Positions 14,051 through 27,030 of a stretch of DNA of 64,000 nucleotides are shown piece after piece. The stretch covers positions 58,404,001-58,468,000 of the forward strand of contig OX597821.1 in the NCBI GenBank assembly GCA_951406725.2, in the 5' to 3' direction. The stretch comes from Octopus vulgaris. Taxonomy: Eukaryota. The notes under the pieces are model-generated. The model was not told the DNA's origin, made no database searches, and worked only from the letters and a program-made list of their open reading frames with translations. Both the position numbers and the translations under genes were made by a program. How positions within the stretch are numbered: position 1 is the first letter of the stretch; each line of letters starts with the position of its first letter.

Positions 14051-17000
14051 AATATTAATGTTACTGCTTGTTCCTCGTCTCTTTTTCAAGATTTGTAGCC
14101 AGTGCAACAGGAACTATGGTGGCTATTTTAATACAAATTTTTAATTCAATCTTAATCCATTTCAAACTGGATTAATTATCTGAAGTCAGTAATTTTGATG
14201 CAGCCACATCTATTTTGTATTGTTCATATTGCCTATTTGTTGACCTTCCAGTGGTGAGTGTGTGGGGAGAGGGGGGAGGTCAAATTCCATTTAATTTGGT
14301 TCAGAAGTGTTTTGTTCTAAATCATCTTCATCCTTTAACATCCACTTTTCCAAGCTTGCATGGGTCAAATGGAATTTATTAAGGCAGATTTTCTATGGCC
14401 GAATGCCTGTCTTGTTGCCAGCCTTCACCAGTTTTAAAGCAAGGTAACAATTTTCCATTGCTAGAAATGATTTTCACAAAAGATGAGAAACAACAATCTC
14501 GCTTGTATGATGGTGATGGTGCTCATTTACAATCGTCGCATAATGTCTAGACAATGACATGCAGGCACACACACACACACAGAGACATATAGACACCGAG
14601 CCTTATATTAGGTAGCGTGCTGTACTCAACACAACCCATCTGCCACAGAGGGTTAATACTGATGCTGGCACCACATGAAAAGCACCCGTACACACTGTTG
14701 GCATTGGGAAAGGCATCCAGCTGTAGAGACCAAGCCAAATCAGACAGCGGAGCCTGATGCAGCCTTTAGCTCTAGTAGCTCCAGTCAAACTGTCTGGCCC
14801 ATGGTATCGTGGGAAATAGGCATTAAATGATGATTTTATATATATATATTTATATACATATATATGACAAATTCTTTCAGTTTCCATCTACCTAATACAC
14901 TCATAATGTTTTGGTCAGTTCAGGGCTGTAGTAGAAGATATTTGCCCAAGGTGCTGTGTAGTGAGACGGAACTCAAGACCCAATTTTTGGGAAGCATCTA
15001 ATACTGATCAAAATGTGTAAGACTAATTCATTCCATCAGATTGCCCTTTGTTTTGTCTTTTTTTTTTTTATAGCAAAGACATTCATATCTCTTACAGAAG
15101 GATTAAGAAACAAAATAGCTGGGGTTATACACCATCATTCATCAATAAGTATTTTTTTCTCTCTGTGTAGTAAGTCAAAAACCTATTTTAGTCCTAAATC
15201 TGCCCATTCCTCCCACTCCAAATAAGTTTCCACAAGGTTTCTCGTGATACACTTCCTCAGCAACTAGCAATATGGAGTTAGCTTTACTTTGGACTGCCAC
15301 AACACTCTCTTTATTTTTATGCATACGTCTCAGAAGGTTTTGTATTTCCTTCACTCATAAGACTACCACTGTACATACAGAGGTGAAAGCAGTCCGTGGC
15401 AGGTATCGAAAACAAAAAGTGGGCCGTGTGTATTCAGGAACAATAACAATTTTTGGGCATCAAAGTTTACTTTTATCCATATCAAAGTTATGAGATTTGA
15501 CAAACTGAAAATTTCTATATAGATCACAGTTACTAACTAGAGTTACTATGAATGCAGACAAAAATCAAAAATGAGGGAGTGGAATTATATATATGTCTAT
15601 AAGTCTACATATGTGCATCATTACTTAAATGTTCACTTTTCCATGCTTGGTTGGGTCAGACGGAATTTGTTGAATAGCTTTTCTACATCTGGTTGTCTTT
15701 CCTGTTGCATACCTTCACCCATTTTCATGGGAGACTGCTTGAATGCTGGTGACACTCGCTTACAACTATCGTGATGTCATGGCCAGGAGAGAGAACACAC
15801 ACATACTTAGGAGCTGTGTTGGTAGAAGTTTGCTTCCCAACCAGTCTTATTGAGTAGCATGTTGGGCAAGTGTCTTCTATAGTTTCAGCTTGACCAAGGC
15901 CTTACCAGTGGATTTAGTTGATAAAATCTAAACGAAGCCTGTCATATATGTGTCTATGTTTTTGTTTGTCTCTTTGTCTTGACGTCATGTTTAGCCATAG
16001 AGGAAATATTACTTTGGGAACAGGTGAGGGTTTGCGACAGGAAAGTCATTCTGCCATAGAAAACATACATCAATAAACTGTCTGACCCATGCAAGCAGGG
16101 AAATGTGGACGTTAAAGCGACATGAAAATATATATATACATGTGTGCGCGATGGACTTCTTTCCATTTTCTTTCAACCAAATCGAGGCTTTGGCCGGCCT
16201 AGGACTACAGTAGATATATGCCTAATGTACTGTGGGACTGAACATGAAACCTCACGCTTCACTGAGCATGAGTGTGTATGCTTTTGTACTGCTGATGACA
16301 AACATTGTCTAGGATTGACAAGACCTCTCCCTTGTTAATAATTGTAGTAAGTCTTGATTAGTGTGTGATAATAGCAAGCCAATTAATAGAAGCCATGTGT
16401 GAGAGCCTGGCGATCGCAAAATCCTGTTTATTCCTTTCATGTGCTGAAGACAAACATCCAGCATAACTCCATATCTTCCTATGTTGTCAAAAATTTCAAG
16501 GCTGTTACTACTAGTACTGGCACAATCAAAGGTAGGTCAGGAGATATGGGAGATGTCGGGGTTGAGGTAAGTCGTATACGTGATACAAGATGTTAGACAG
16601 AAGGGAGCCACAATCAGACTCCTCAAGGAACAAAAGGTGCCAATTCTTCTAGGAAGGTAACAGTAGTGAACATGTATTGTTAGCTGAGAAATTGAGGTGA
16701 TGAGTGTGTGTAATTAGGTAATTGGGATTAGGCTAATCTGACAAGATTCCTGCTACCTGATCGACCGAACAGTCTGCTTGTGAAATTAACGTTCAGGTGG
16801 CTGAGTACTCCGCAGACATGTACCCTTAGTGTATTTCTCAGGGAGACTATGACTAGGCTGGGCCTTCAAATTACAATTACAAATCATTTTTATCAGTTGA
16901 GTGGACTGGAGCAACATCTGATAAAGTATCTTGCTCATGGACACGATGCACTACTGGGAATCGAACTCACAACCTTAAGATTGTGAGCTGAATACCTCTA

Positions 17001-17059
17001 ACCACTAAGCCACATACTTAGGTTCATCGTGGACATGACAGCAGCATCTTTATACACCA

Positions 17060-17320
17060 CAGTCAGGGCTGGCAAATGAATGGAAGGCTCACTTTTGTGA
17101 AACCCTTTTGCAGGCTACGTTGATGGACATCTGTAATCTCATCATGCTGGTGATTTTAATGCATGCATCAGATGACAGCATGAGGGCTTTCTATGTGTAT
17201 AAGAGGCTATGGTTATGGTACAAAAAAATGAGGAGTCAAGCTCCTGGAATTTTGATGCAAATTAGCTAACTTCAGAAAACTACTTACCTGTCAGGTATAC
17301 AAACCAAACCATGCAACAAC
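17060..17320 (+). mobile_element. Old LINE AP-endonuclease fragment
   Basis: gctggtgattttaatgca encodes the AGDFNA motif, surrounding frame broken. Confidence 0.35.
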
Positions 17321-18566
17321 TTTGTTTTTAAAAATGTTACCTCTCAGATATTTTGTAAAATAATTTTAGGTTGAAGTGGAAGCCTTATACGGAGTAGTAG
17401 CTTAAAGAGGAGGGGGAAGTCACCGGGGCTCAGTTCTAGCTCTCTCCTTCCACTCTATTTATAGTCTTAAGCAGAAGGGTTTAAGGCTGGCTGTTTGGAC
17501 GTTGATGATTTGGCATGGCTGACTGGACATAGAATCTGGGAGTTGAGACAAACATGCACATATGCAGAAATATATACATACAAAAAAATATGAAGTATGA
17601 CTACATGGAATATGAACTATTTTTTCGAACAACAAAAGACACAAATGGAACACAAGACAAACAACATAAAGAATGACCCTTCATCAGTTGGCTGTTGTTC
17701 TACTCTTGTATATTGTTGTTAAATGCTGAGTAGAAAAACAGCCAACAACATATATAGCACTGCACAGGCGCTCTCATGTGGCACCACACAGGCGCTTTTA
17801 CATAGCTTTGCCACGAGTGCTTTACATTACCAGAAGGACCAGTCTTAACACTTCTGCTGGTGGAGTACGGGTCTTCTTGAGCAAGGCACCAGACATCTCG
17901 GTTGTGTGTGTGTATGTAGATATTTGTGAGTATATACATGTGTGTGTGTGGACATGGATGTAACCAACTGAGTGGATTATGATTGACTGAAGCTATCTCA
18001 AAGGACTGAAACATGTCCAGATTTGTTGGCATGGCTGGTAAAGATCAGACCCATCAGTACTTGTACATATCTCTATTTTATCTTTAGTTGATTTAAATTT
18101 TGAGAGTTTTCTCTGCTATTCTGTCTGGGAATAAATTTATGTTAATACTAATGACTTTTTATCAATAATTAGTATTGTAAGTCAAACTTATTACAAATCA
18201 TTTTCAACTCAACTCCTCAATGTACACACACATATTGTACAGACCATATGTTGAAACTAGAGACCTGCTTTTGAATGTAGTGGTACACAAGGGTTAAGTA
18301 TTAGCATTAAACTGGGAACCACATTAAATCTATCAACCAAGAGTTCTAGTTCTGTCATAGTCAGTTTGCATCTATGGTTCATTGGCTACATATTGGTGTT
18401 TTACAGAGAGTTAATAAGTCAGCTGCATCCACTTTTCCCCCTTTTCATAATCTCAGCAATGGTTTGTAAAGCAAGCATGAGCCCAGAAATCTTTTGAGAG
18501 AGGGAGTTAATTAATTTTATTAACCTCAGTACTTAACTAATGCACTTATTTTATGACTGTCTAGAG

Positions 18567-18891
18567 CAGGTCTGGCCATCTCTAATTACATTGCAGGCCA
18601 CTTTAATTGCAGAAAAGTTTTTGAGGGCTGCCTGTATACTGACAGAATTGAAAGCATTTTGCTATTATTACAATAATGGATGAATGAATGATCATTGGTT
18701 CAACATGAAATATTATCATTGCAAAGAACAGTAGTATCTTTCTTTTTTACTTTCCATTACAATCTTCAATTTTTGATAACATTTTTAAAATGTTTGTTTA
18801 AATAAACCCATTTCAAGAAAGTAACAAGCGTGCCACAAGACAAAAGTCTGTAGCCACATGCGGTTTGCAGGCCTCAGGTTAGCCAGCCCTG
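18567..18891. mobile_element. hAT (Charlie-like) MITE
   Basis: TIRs caggtctggcca / tagccagccctg, exact 8-bp TSD GTCTAGAG, matching the NTCTAGAN Charlie target. Confidence 0.8.
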
Positions 18892-19652
18892 GTCTAGAGA
18901 AAACCAAAATGCCAAGTTAGAAACATTTACATCTGTTTACATGAGTGGAAGTATGTTTTAAGATACTGGTCAAAACAACACTTCCTGAATTTAGCCTTTC
19001 ATTCATTTAATATTTGTTTCTATTTTATTCTTTTGTTTCACTATGAGTGGCACTTTTATTTGTTTATTATGTGGAAAGGTAAAGATGACCTTGACTCATT
19101 TTATGAAGTGCTTTAAAAATGTTACTAATTCATCACAACTGTCAATCCAGTGCTGTCATATTAATAACAATCTTTAACACCACAAGGTAACACAACATAT
19201 TTTTTAAAGCAAGTACAGTTTATTAAATCAATTAATTAAAGTTAATTAAATCAACCAGAATACTTCATAGTTTTTTTTATATCAAACTTGGTAAAAGGAA
19301 AGGTAAAGCTGATTCTATACAATTTGAACATGGAATGAAAAACAGACAAATAAGAACAATGATACTTTATTGTTCCTTCCATATTTCGTATTTTTATTAA
19401 TAACACCAGCTTTTAAAATTGCTACAAGGCCACAAATTTTAGGGAATGTAATATGGTATCACTTGGTACATTATTATGTCAACTCCGATGGATGAGAGGC
19501 TACGGTAATAAGAATTTGGACTATAATGAGATGTAATTAAATGTGACTAAAATACAATGAGGTATTTTATAAGCACAAAGGCTGAAGTTTAAAGGGAGAG
19601 CTTTAGTGGATCAAATGGACTTAATTAGTACTTTATTATACCAACACTATGG

Positions 19653-19805
19653 ATGAAAGGCAAAGAAAATTCAGAAAACCAGAACAAAGAAGTCTTATCA
19701 AATAAGGCCACTCATGTCAACATATCTAATAGATTATGTAACTGTAGGAACCATGATAAATGTCCATTATATAACCAATGTCCAAAGAATAATCTAATAA
19801 TAATA
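19653..19805 (+). mobile_element. Penelope-like element fragment (Cys-rich linker before GIY-YIG)
   Basis: LCNCRNHDKCPLYNQCPKNNLI resembles the CNCRxxxxCPLxxxC motif of PLE ORFs. Confidence 0.5.
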
Positions 19806-20145
19806 CCTGAAAGTGAATTTCTTTATGTGCATATTAACTACCAGATTACACCAGAGGAAAAGTCTCTTTAAGACACAAAGTGTTAAAAAGCAGCGATTTA
19901 AAGGGACTGCTCACCTGACTCAATCTCACAGCTAATAAGTACATAAACAAAACAGAGCCATTCAGTATGTGACATAAGTAATGTTTATATCATTAGAGCT
20001 ACTTATAATTCATACATGAATATATATATACATACACACACATATATAGATACATGCACATATATACATACATACACATATATAGATACATATATACATA
20101 CACATATATATATACATACATATACATATATATATATATACATAT

Positions 20146-20525
20146 ATCATCATCATTTAACGTCCGCTTTCCATGCTAGCATGGGTTGGACGGTTCAACT
20201 GGGGTCTGGGAAGCCCGAAGGCTGCACCAGGCCAGTCAGATGTGGCAGTGTTTCTACAGCTGGATGCCCTTCCTAACGCCAACCACTCCGAGAGTGTAGT
20301 GGGTGATTTTATGTGCCACCGACACAGGTGCCAGACGAGGCTGGCAGACGGCCACGCTCGGATGGTGTTTTTATGTGCCACCGACACAGGTGCCAGACGA
20401 GGCTGGCAGACGGCCACGCTCGGATGGTGTTTTTATGTGTCACCGACACAGGTGCCAGACGAGGCTGGCGGACGGCCACGCTCGGATGGTGTTTGTTACG
20501 TGCCCTCAGCACGGAGGCCAGTCAT
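20146..20525 (-). mobile_element. Young RTE-LINE 3' tail repeat with three near-identical 62-bp units
   Basis: ccaccgacacaggtgccagacgaggctggcagacggccacgctcggatggtg x3, CpGs intact. Confidence 0.8.
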
Positions 20526-20599
20526 TGCGATATATATATATATATATATAGACATATATATATACATACACATATATACATACACATATACATATATAT

Positions 20600-21652
20600 A
20601 TTCTGAAGGTGGACATAGTCAGTATAAATTCGCAGAAAACCTTGGGATTCTGCTTTCTACAGTTAATAAGAGTGATTGTGCAATTCACCAGAGAGGGGAA
20701 GGAGTCCACATTACCTCGCTCAGGTCAACCATGACCCTTCTGTTTGTTAAGAGAAGTGTGGAGGATAATCCTCATTGCAGGGCCTGTGACACAGCAGAAC
20801 AAGTTGATGTCTGTCCTAGAATAGCTGTCAGGTATCTCCACAATTTGGTTACTATGGCAGAGCAGCAAGAAGGAAGCCACATCTTCAACCAGCCAACATC
20901 AAGTGGAAAAAAGATTGGGCCAGTGAGATGGTGAAGAGGCCACTAGCATTTTAGGACACTGTCATGTTCTCTGATGAGTCCAGATTTACTGCATTTCCCA
21001 ACAGTGGTCAAGTGTGGGTCTGGAGACTCTGTGATCAAGAATTTGATGTGAAAAGATTGCAGCCAACAATGAAACACGGCAGCTATTCTGTGACAGACCA
21101 GGGAGCAATTAGGAGCAATGGTTGATCAGAGCTGGTGGAATGTGCTGGAAACATTAAATCAGATAAATATGTGTCCATATTGCAGAAAGGATTTCTTCTA
21201 ATCTTCTCTAGTGGTGAAATGATTAAAGAAGATTCTTCATTTATGGAAGATGATGCTCCTTGTCACTCGGCTAAAATAACCCAAGATTTGTCAGATGAGA
21301 ATGACATTAAAAAGTTTCCATGGCCAAGCCAGTCACCACATATGAACCCTATTGAACACCTCTGGGACATAATGGACTGGACATTTCATAAAGAGAACAA
21401 GAAAGCATCTTCAAAGCCAGATCTTTTGAGATTACTGCATGAAACTTGGCAAGAAATTCTGCAAGAGACTATTCATCATCTGATCAGAATTGTGCCGAAT
21501 AGGGTCCCTGCATAAAAAAAATGCTAAAGGCATGTCTACTAAATATTAAATATTCACATTATAACAATTAATAAGTAATTTGGATGTATAATTTCAGATT
21601 TAAATAAATTTTAATGATTACAAGGGTGTCTTACTTCTGTCATGCTTGTGTA
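20600..21652 (+). mobile_element. Decayed Tc1-like (DD34E) transposon
   Basis: FSDESRF (ttctctgatgagtccagattt), FMEDDAPCH and WPSQSPHMNPIEHLW motifs, frameshifted. Confidence 0.85.
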
Positions 21653-21879
21653 TAAACATATACATACAGATGTTCCCGTCTCTAATAGCATGACAAAGTT
21701 TTGCAAAATGATGGAAACTGGTGGCATATTTTGATGAAATATAAATATTTTGTGTCTTTGTTTTCAAAATGTTTTCTTTTTGTCTTTTAACATAACTTTA
21801 CTGATGTGAACCCCCTTAACCTTTCCCTGTGTGTGTGTGTGTATACACACATATATATAGCGGGAGGGGAGAAATCACA

Positions 21880-21960
21880 AAAAAAAACAAAAGATGAAGA
21901 CATGTGGGTAGACAACAAACAGATGTATTAGTTTAACACTCGGGAAGTGAAAAAGTCTAT
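21880..21960. mobile_element. Short dispersed-repeat fragment embedded in microsatellite (possible PLE terminal repeat piece)
   Basis: gacaacaaacagatgtattagtttaacactcgggaagtgaaaaagtct between (TG)/(TA) tracts. Family assigned from recall only. Confidence 0.3.
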
Positions 21961-21971
21961 ACACACACATT

Positions 21972-22007
<36 letters not shown>

Positions 22008-22295
22008 CATGTAAATATATATATGTATATATATAAATATGTATATATCTGTATGTCTATCTATTTATATATTATATATATATATCCATCTATCTTTATA
22101 TATACATTTATGTATGCGTGCAAATATACATAAATAATATATATATATATATATGTATGTACATATAAGAGAACAAAGTGTACGTACACCACTATAAGTA
22201 TATATATATATACATATATATATAAATACAAAATGGAACAAGAACACAAAACATCCAGATAGACGATACAAGGATGGGTCATTCAAAGTTTTCTT

Positions 22296-22405
22296 TCTTC
22301 AGTCAAGCACCAGATTATCCTTGCAATTTCAGCTTATTAATCTTGAGATTGCTCCAATCTGGCCAGCCTCAAGGGGAAAAAAATTAAGAGCATTAGATTC
22401 CTTGG
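22296..22405 (-). ncRNA. Putative non-circularly permuted hammerhead ribozyme with kink-turn (copy A)
   Basis: Minus strand reads GGCTGG CCAGATTG GA GCAATC TCAAG ATTAA TAAGCT GAAATTGC AAG GA TAATCTGG TG CTTGA CTGAAGA, preceded by a CCAAGG/CCTTGA hairpin. Confidence 0.55.
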
Positions 22406-22530
22406 AAGAAAGCAACCAATGTATACAATAACAAGGACAGAAAGAACGGACAATGTTACACAAATATAAATACAACAAAAATAATAACAGGACATATATG
22501 TATGTATGTATATATGTATATATATATATA

Positions 22531-22845
22531 TCGTGCCGGTGGCACGTAAAAAGCACCATCCATTCGTGTCCGTTGCCAGCCTCGCCTGGCCCCCGTGCCG
22601 GTGGCACATAAAAAGCACCATCCGTTCGTGGCCATTTGCCAGCTCTGTCTGGCACCTGTGCAGGTGGCACGTAAAAAGCACCCACTACACTCACGGAGTG
22701 GTTGGCGTTAGGGAGGGCATCCAGCCGTAGAAACACTGCCAGATCTGACTGGGCCTGATGAAGCCTTCTGGCTTCACAGACCCCAGTTGAACCGTCCAAC
22801 CCATGCTAGCATGGAAAACGGACGCTAAACGATGATGATGATGAT
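22531..22845 (+). mobile_element. RTE-LINE 3' tail repeat
   Basis: Same family, (gat)n tail, inserted in (TA)n. Confidence 0.75.
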
Positions 22846-23584
22846 ATATATAGATAGATAGATAGATATGTGTGCATATATATATATATACACGCACACA
22901 TGTATATGAATATATACATACATACATACATAGATACAAATATCAGATACACACAAACAAACACATACGCATGTGAACTTATATTAAGTATTCTTAAACT
23001 CTGAACTATCGCTGGCTGAATGGATTATCCGATGGCTATGCATTTTATAGTAGAAAAAGAAACTCAAAGTTAAAATTTCTTGAAATGCACTTTCTTGTTT
23101 GGATACAGCATTACCAAATAGTTATTCTCACTCGGCAGAAATCTCCCTTATCTATTTATGAATTGGAGATAATTCTGAAAGCTTAAAAATAAAACTATGT
23201 ATTAGGTACATGGCAAAAAATGATTAACTTGGTTGATTCTGGTATTTTTCCTCTAGTCAGTTGATTGTGACATTTCGTACCTACGTAGTTGACAATGCAG
23301 TTGTAGGATTGGGGTTAGATCTGCCCTATTAATCCTCATATGTCTGTGCTTACTCACCAAATTCTCTTGTCTATCACATAACTTTCCATTCTTTGCTTTA
23401 ATCCATCTTCCATTTTAACTATAATACCCTAAGAGTTATCTCCCCTGTCTCAAGTAGTCCAAGAACAGACTTTAATTTTTGTTTATTTCTGGTCCGCTGG
23501 TTATGCATTCAATACCAGCCTGTACCCATCCAGTCGGCGTATTCTACCATCTGTTACCATTTATATGGTAAAAGCTTAGGGAAA

Positions 23585-23692
23585 CATATATACATACAGA
23601 CACACACACACACATATATGTCTATGTATAAATATATTATTTCTATTATTATTTGAATGAACGCCATGCATCCATTTCCAAGTTTATATATG

Positions 23693-23726
<34 letters not shown>

Positions 23727-23886
23727 TATACATACATACATATATGCATGTGTGTATATATATATATAAATATACATATATATTGTATAATATAGATATT
23801 TATATTGTATAATATATATATATATATATATTGTATAATATATATATATGCACATATATATATTGTATAATGTATATATATATTGC

Positions 23887-23932
<46 letters not shown>

Positions 23933-24630
23933 TATAGATAAATAGATAGATAGATATGCATATATACAGGTATTGTATAATATATATATATATATATATA
24001 TGACCACATCTTTGAAGCTGTAAAATTTTAAAGAATTAAAGAATTTTATATAAACACACACACATGCATGTACATAAATGCATAATTTTGAAATATAACA
24101 TACAAAAACACATACACACACAAATAAAACATATATATATATACAAATAATATACATGCAAATAATATACAGATATATATTATATACATATATATATATA
24201 TGTATTATATACCTATATATATTTTATATAAATTATATACATATATATTTACATACACATATATATATATATATATATACATACATACACAATACATATA
24301 TATACATTATATACATATCATAGATATATATATATATATACATAAATATAAATGTATATCATATATATATAAATATATATACATATATATATATAAATAT
24401 ATATACATATATATATATATATATAAATATATATACATATCATATATATATAAATATACATACATATCATATATATATACATATCATATATATATAAATA
24501 TATATACATATCATATATATATACATATCATATATATATATATATAAATATATATACATATCACATATATATATATATATATATATATATGCATAATATA
24601 TATACTCACACATATATGTATATATATTAT
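23585..24630. repeat. Compound (TA)n/(CA)n microsatellite field
   Basis: Direct reading. Similar fields at 20015-20145, 21960-22225 and 30694-31067. Confidence 0.9.
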
Positions 24631-24663
24631 GGCCATATTATCTAATCACTCATTCCTCATTTA

Positions 24664-24997
24664 TCAAAAGTACACTTCCATAAAAAGAGATGGTTTGATG
24701 AAAACAAGCGTTCTTATAGTACTAAACCCATTGCTGAAACACAATATTTCCTGGCGGACAACAAAGTGTCCGAGACACTCAAGTAATTTTTCCTGGATAA
24801 TCTGAATCTCCTTAATATTATGTTCTGGTGACAGCATGTTTGATGTTTTATAAATCTCAAAGATTTCCTCTGTTTCCTCTTTTTCCTCCTTGATTTTGCT
24901 GTCTGTGTCTACAGTTTGCTTCTTATTTTTGTGTTTACTTCGGACTTTTTTCTTAAATATTCTGTCTAATCTTCCATATCCTTTGAGTCTAGCAAGC
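24664..24997 (-). CDS. Uncharacterised minus-strand gene, last coding exon (COR-like C-terminus)
   Basis: ttttgcag| acceptor, phase 2 matches the previous exon, 334 nt open to TGA. LARLKGYG...ECLGHFVVRQEILCFSNGFSTIRTLVFIKPSLFMEVYF*. Confidence 0.65.
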
Positions 24998-25939
24998 CTG
25001 CAAAACAATACAAAAATTAATTTAATGCTTAATTTGCAAAATTTATATATTCATATGACTTTACGTTTCGCAGGTCAGTTATGCTTCAAAGATATTTATA
25101 TTGATCTAACTGTTTATTAACTCACAACCCTACTTTCATGTGCCTTCACAATATTGTGTTCTAACCAATATTGCATGTAATCAATTCATAATTTATATTG
25201 ATTTTCTTTAAAATAATTAATAGACAGAAGCAGTTTTAATATCAAAATGTAATATTTATTCTCACTTAAAATACAACGTTGTGTTAGAACACAAAATACT
25301 GCAATATTTACCATGAGAGAAACTCTCATCTGGTCTTCTGGTGCATATAAGCACTGTTGTTTATATTGCTAGCAGGAGAAAAATCACTGCCACCGTCAGC
25401 ACCAAGACTACTAGATCATGTGATTTCAACCTTTACCAGTCTTGTCAATGGTAGACACCCAACTGCTGGAGATAGCAGTCGTGCCTCAGCTTGTGATATA
25501 CTTTGAATTAAATTGTCGAATCGGGCAATGGAATAACTAGTGGACTTACTAAGTGGCAATTTTAGTGACAGAAGCAATATTAATATCAAAAAGTGGTATT
25601 TATCTTCAATTAAAAGTGGAAGTTGTATTAGAACACACGATACTGTGATATTTACTGTGAGAGAACCTCTCATATGTTGAATAAGGAAGCCATGCTTTCG
25701 AGTCACCTCAGGGTTGTCTTTCTTGTGTTACTCTCTCAGGGTTGTCTCTCTCTTGATGAGAGCTAAATAGCTTGAAATACATTTACTGTTCCATCAGAGG
25801 ACACCATATGATGACCGTTGGTGTTTTGACACCTACTGCCAAAAGTGCGAAGCTTTCTCCCAGGCAAACTGCACCAAAACAGCTTTTTACATGTCAAATA
25901 CAAGGGATGTTCATTAAAGATTTCCCCTGACCCACTTTC

Positions 25940-27030
25940 CAAGGACTGGGATAAATGAAACTTGGCATGATTATTAGTCCTTCTCTACATAGCCACCACC
26001 AATGGTGATACCCTTCTCCCATTGCTTTATACAGCTGTGAAAACCTTGTCTGTAGAAGTCGGTAGGTTGTGTCGGGAGCCAAGACTTTACATCAGAAATA
26101 AGTCGATCATCATCTGGAAAGTGCTTCCCCTTCAAAAAAGACTTCATGGTTGGAAAGAGGTGAAAGTCAAATGGTGCATGGTTGGGAGAGTAAGGGGGAT
26201 AAGGAAGGATTTCATAACAGGAGTGTGCATCCATCTGGGTAACATGCACATTGTGAATTGGGATGTTGTCTTGGAGCAGGCAGACTCCTTTGGAAAACCC
26301 CTATCTGCTTTGATGGCGCCCCATAATTTCTGTAGTGGAGAAGCATAATATGCCTCATTAATTGTGGTACCCTTTGCCAGAAAATTCATCATCACTACTC
26401 CGCATTGGCCCAAAAGACTGAGCCTCAACTTGCCTGCTGAGGGTTGGACACAAACCTTTTTTGGAGGTGGTGAATTATCATGCTTCCATTGCTTTGACAG
26501 GACTTTAGTCTCAGGATCACAGTGACAGACACATATTTTATCCTGTGTGATAAGTCTGCCAAAAAGCCCTCTTCATTTTTTTGGCATGTAGCCAAAAGAG
26601 CCTGGGAGGAATTGACTCATTCCTGCTTTTGAAAAGGTGCGAGCATCCAAGGGAATCCATTGTGCAGACAATTTCCACATGTGCAAATGGTTGTGAATGA
26701 TTTTTCCCCTGGATCCTACACTTATCTTCACTTCTTGGGCTAGTTGTCAAATAGTTACGTGACAATCCTCCCAAATGGCAGCTTTCACTTTATGGATAGT
26801 GTCATCATCAATGGTGGAATGTGGTTGTCCAGGAACAGGAGCAGTTTCCACCAATGGCCAACCAGATTTGAAATGGCAATGCCAGTGCTTGACTATGTCG
26901 TATGATGGTGTGTCATCACCATAAACTTCTTTCATCTCATTGAATGTCTCTTTTGGTGTACGGCCTTTCAAGTATAAAAACCTGATCACTAATCTGCATT
27001 CAACTACCTCCATTGTAACACCTTAGCAGC
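25940..27030 (-). mobile_element. Decayed mariner (DD34D) transposase
   Basis: MEVVECRLVIRFLYLKG...YGDDTPSY (HTH) and YPPYSPNHAPFDFHLFPTMKSFLKGKHF...KQWEKGITIGGGYVEK, split over frames. Confidence 0.85.

Noticed and set aside
23649-24547. Tyr/Ile-rich ORFs (also 30301-31153, 56703-58135)
   Set aside because: They are translations of (TA)n microsatellites and minisatellites.
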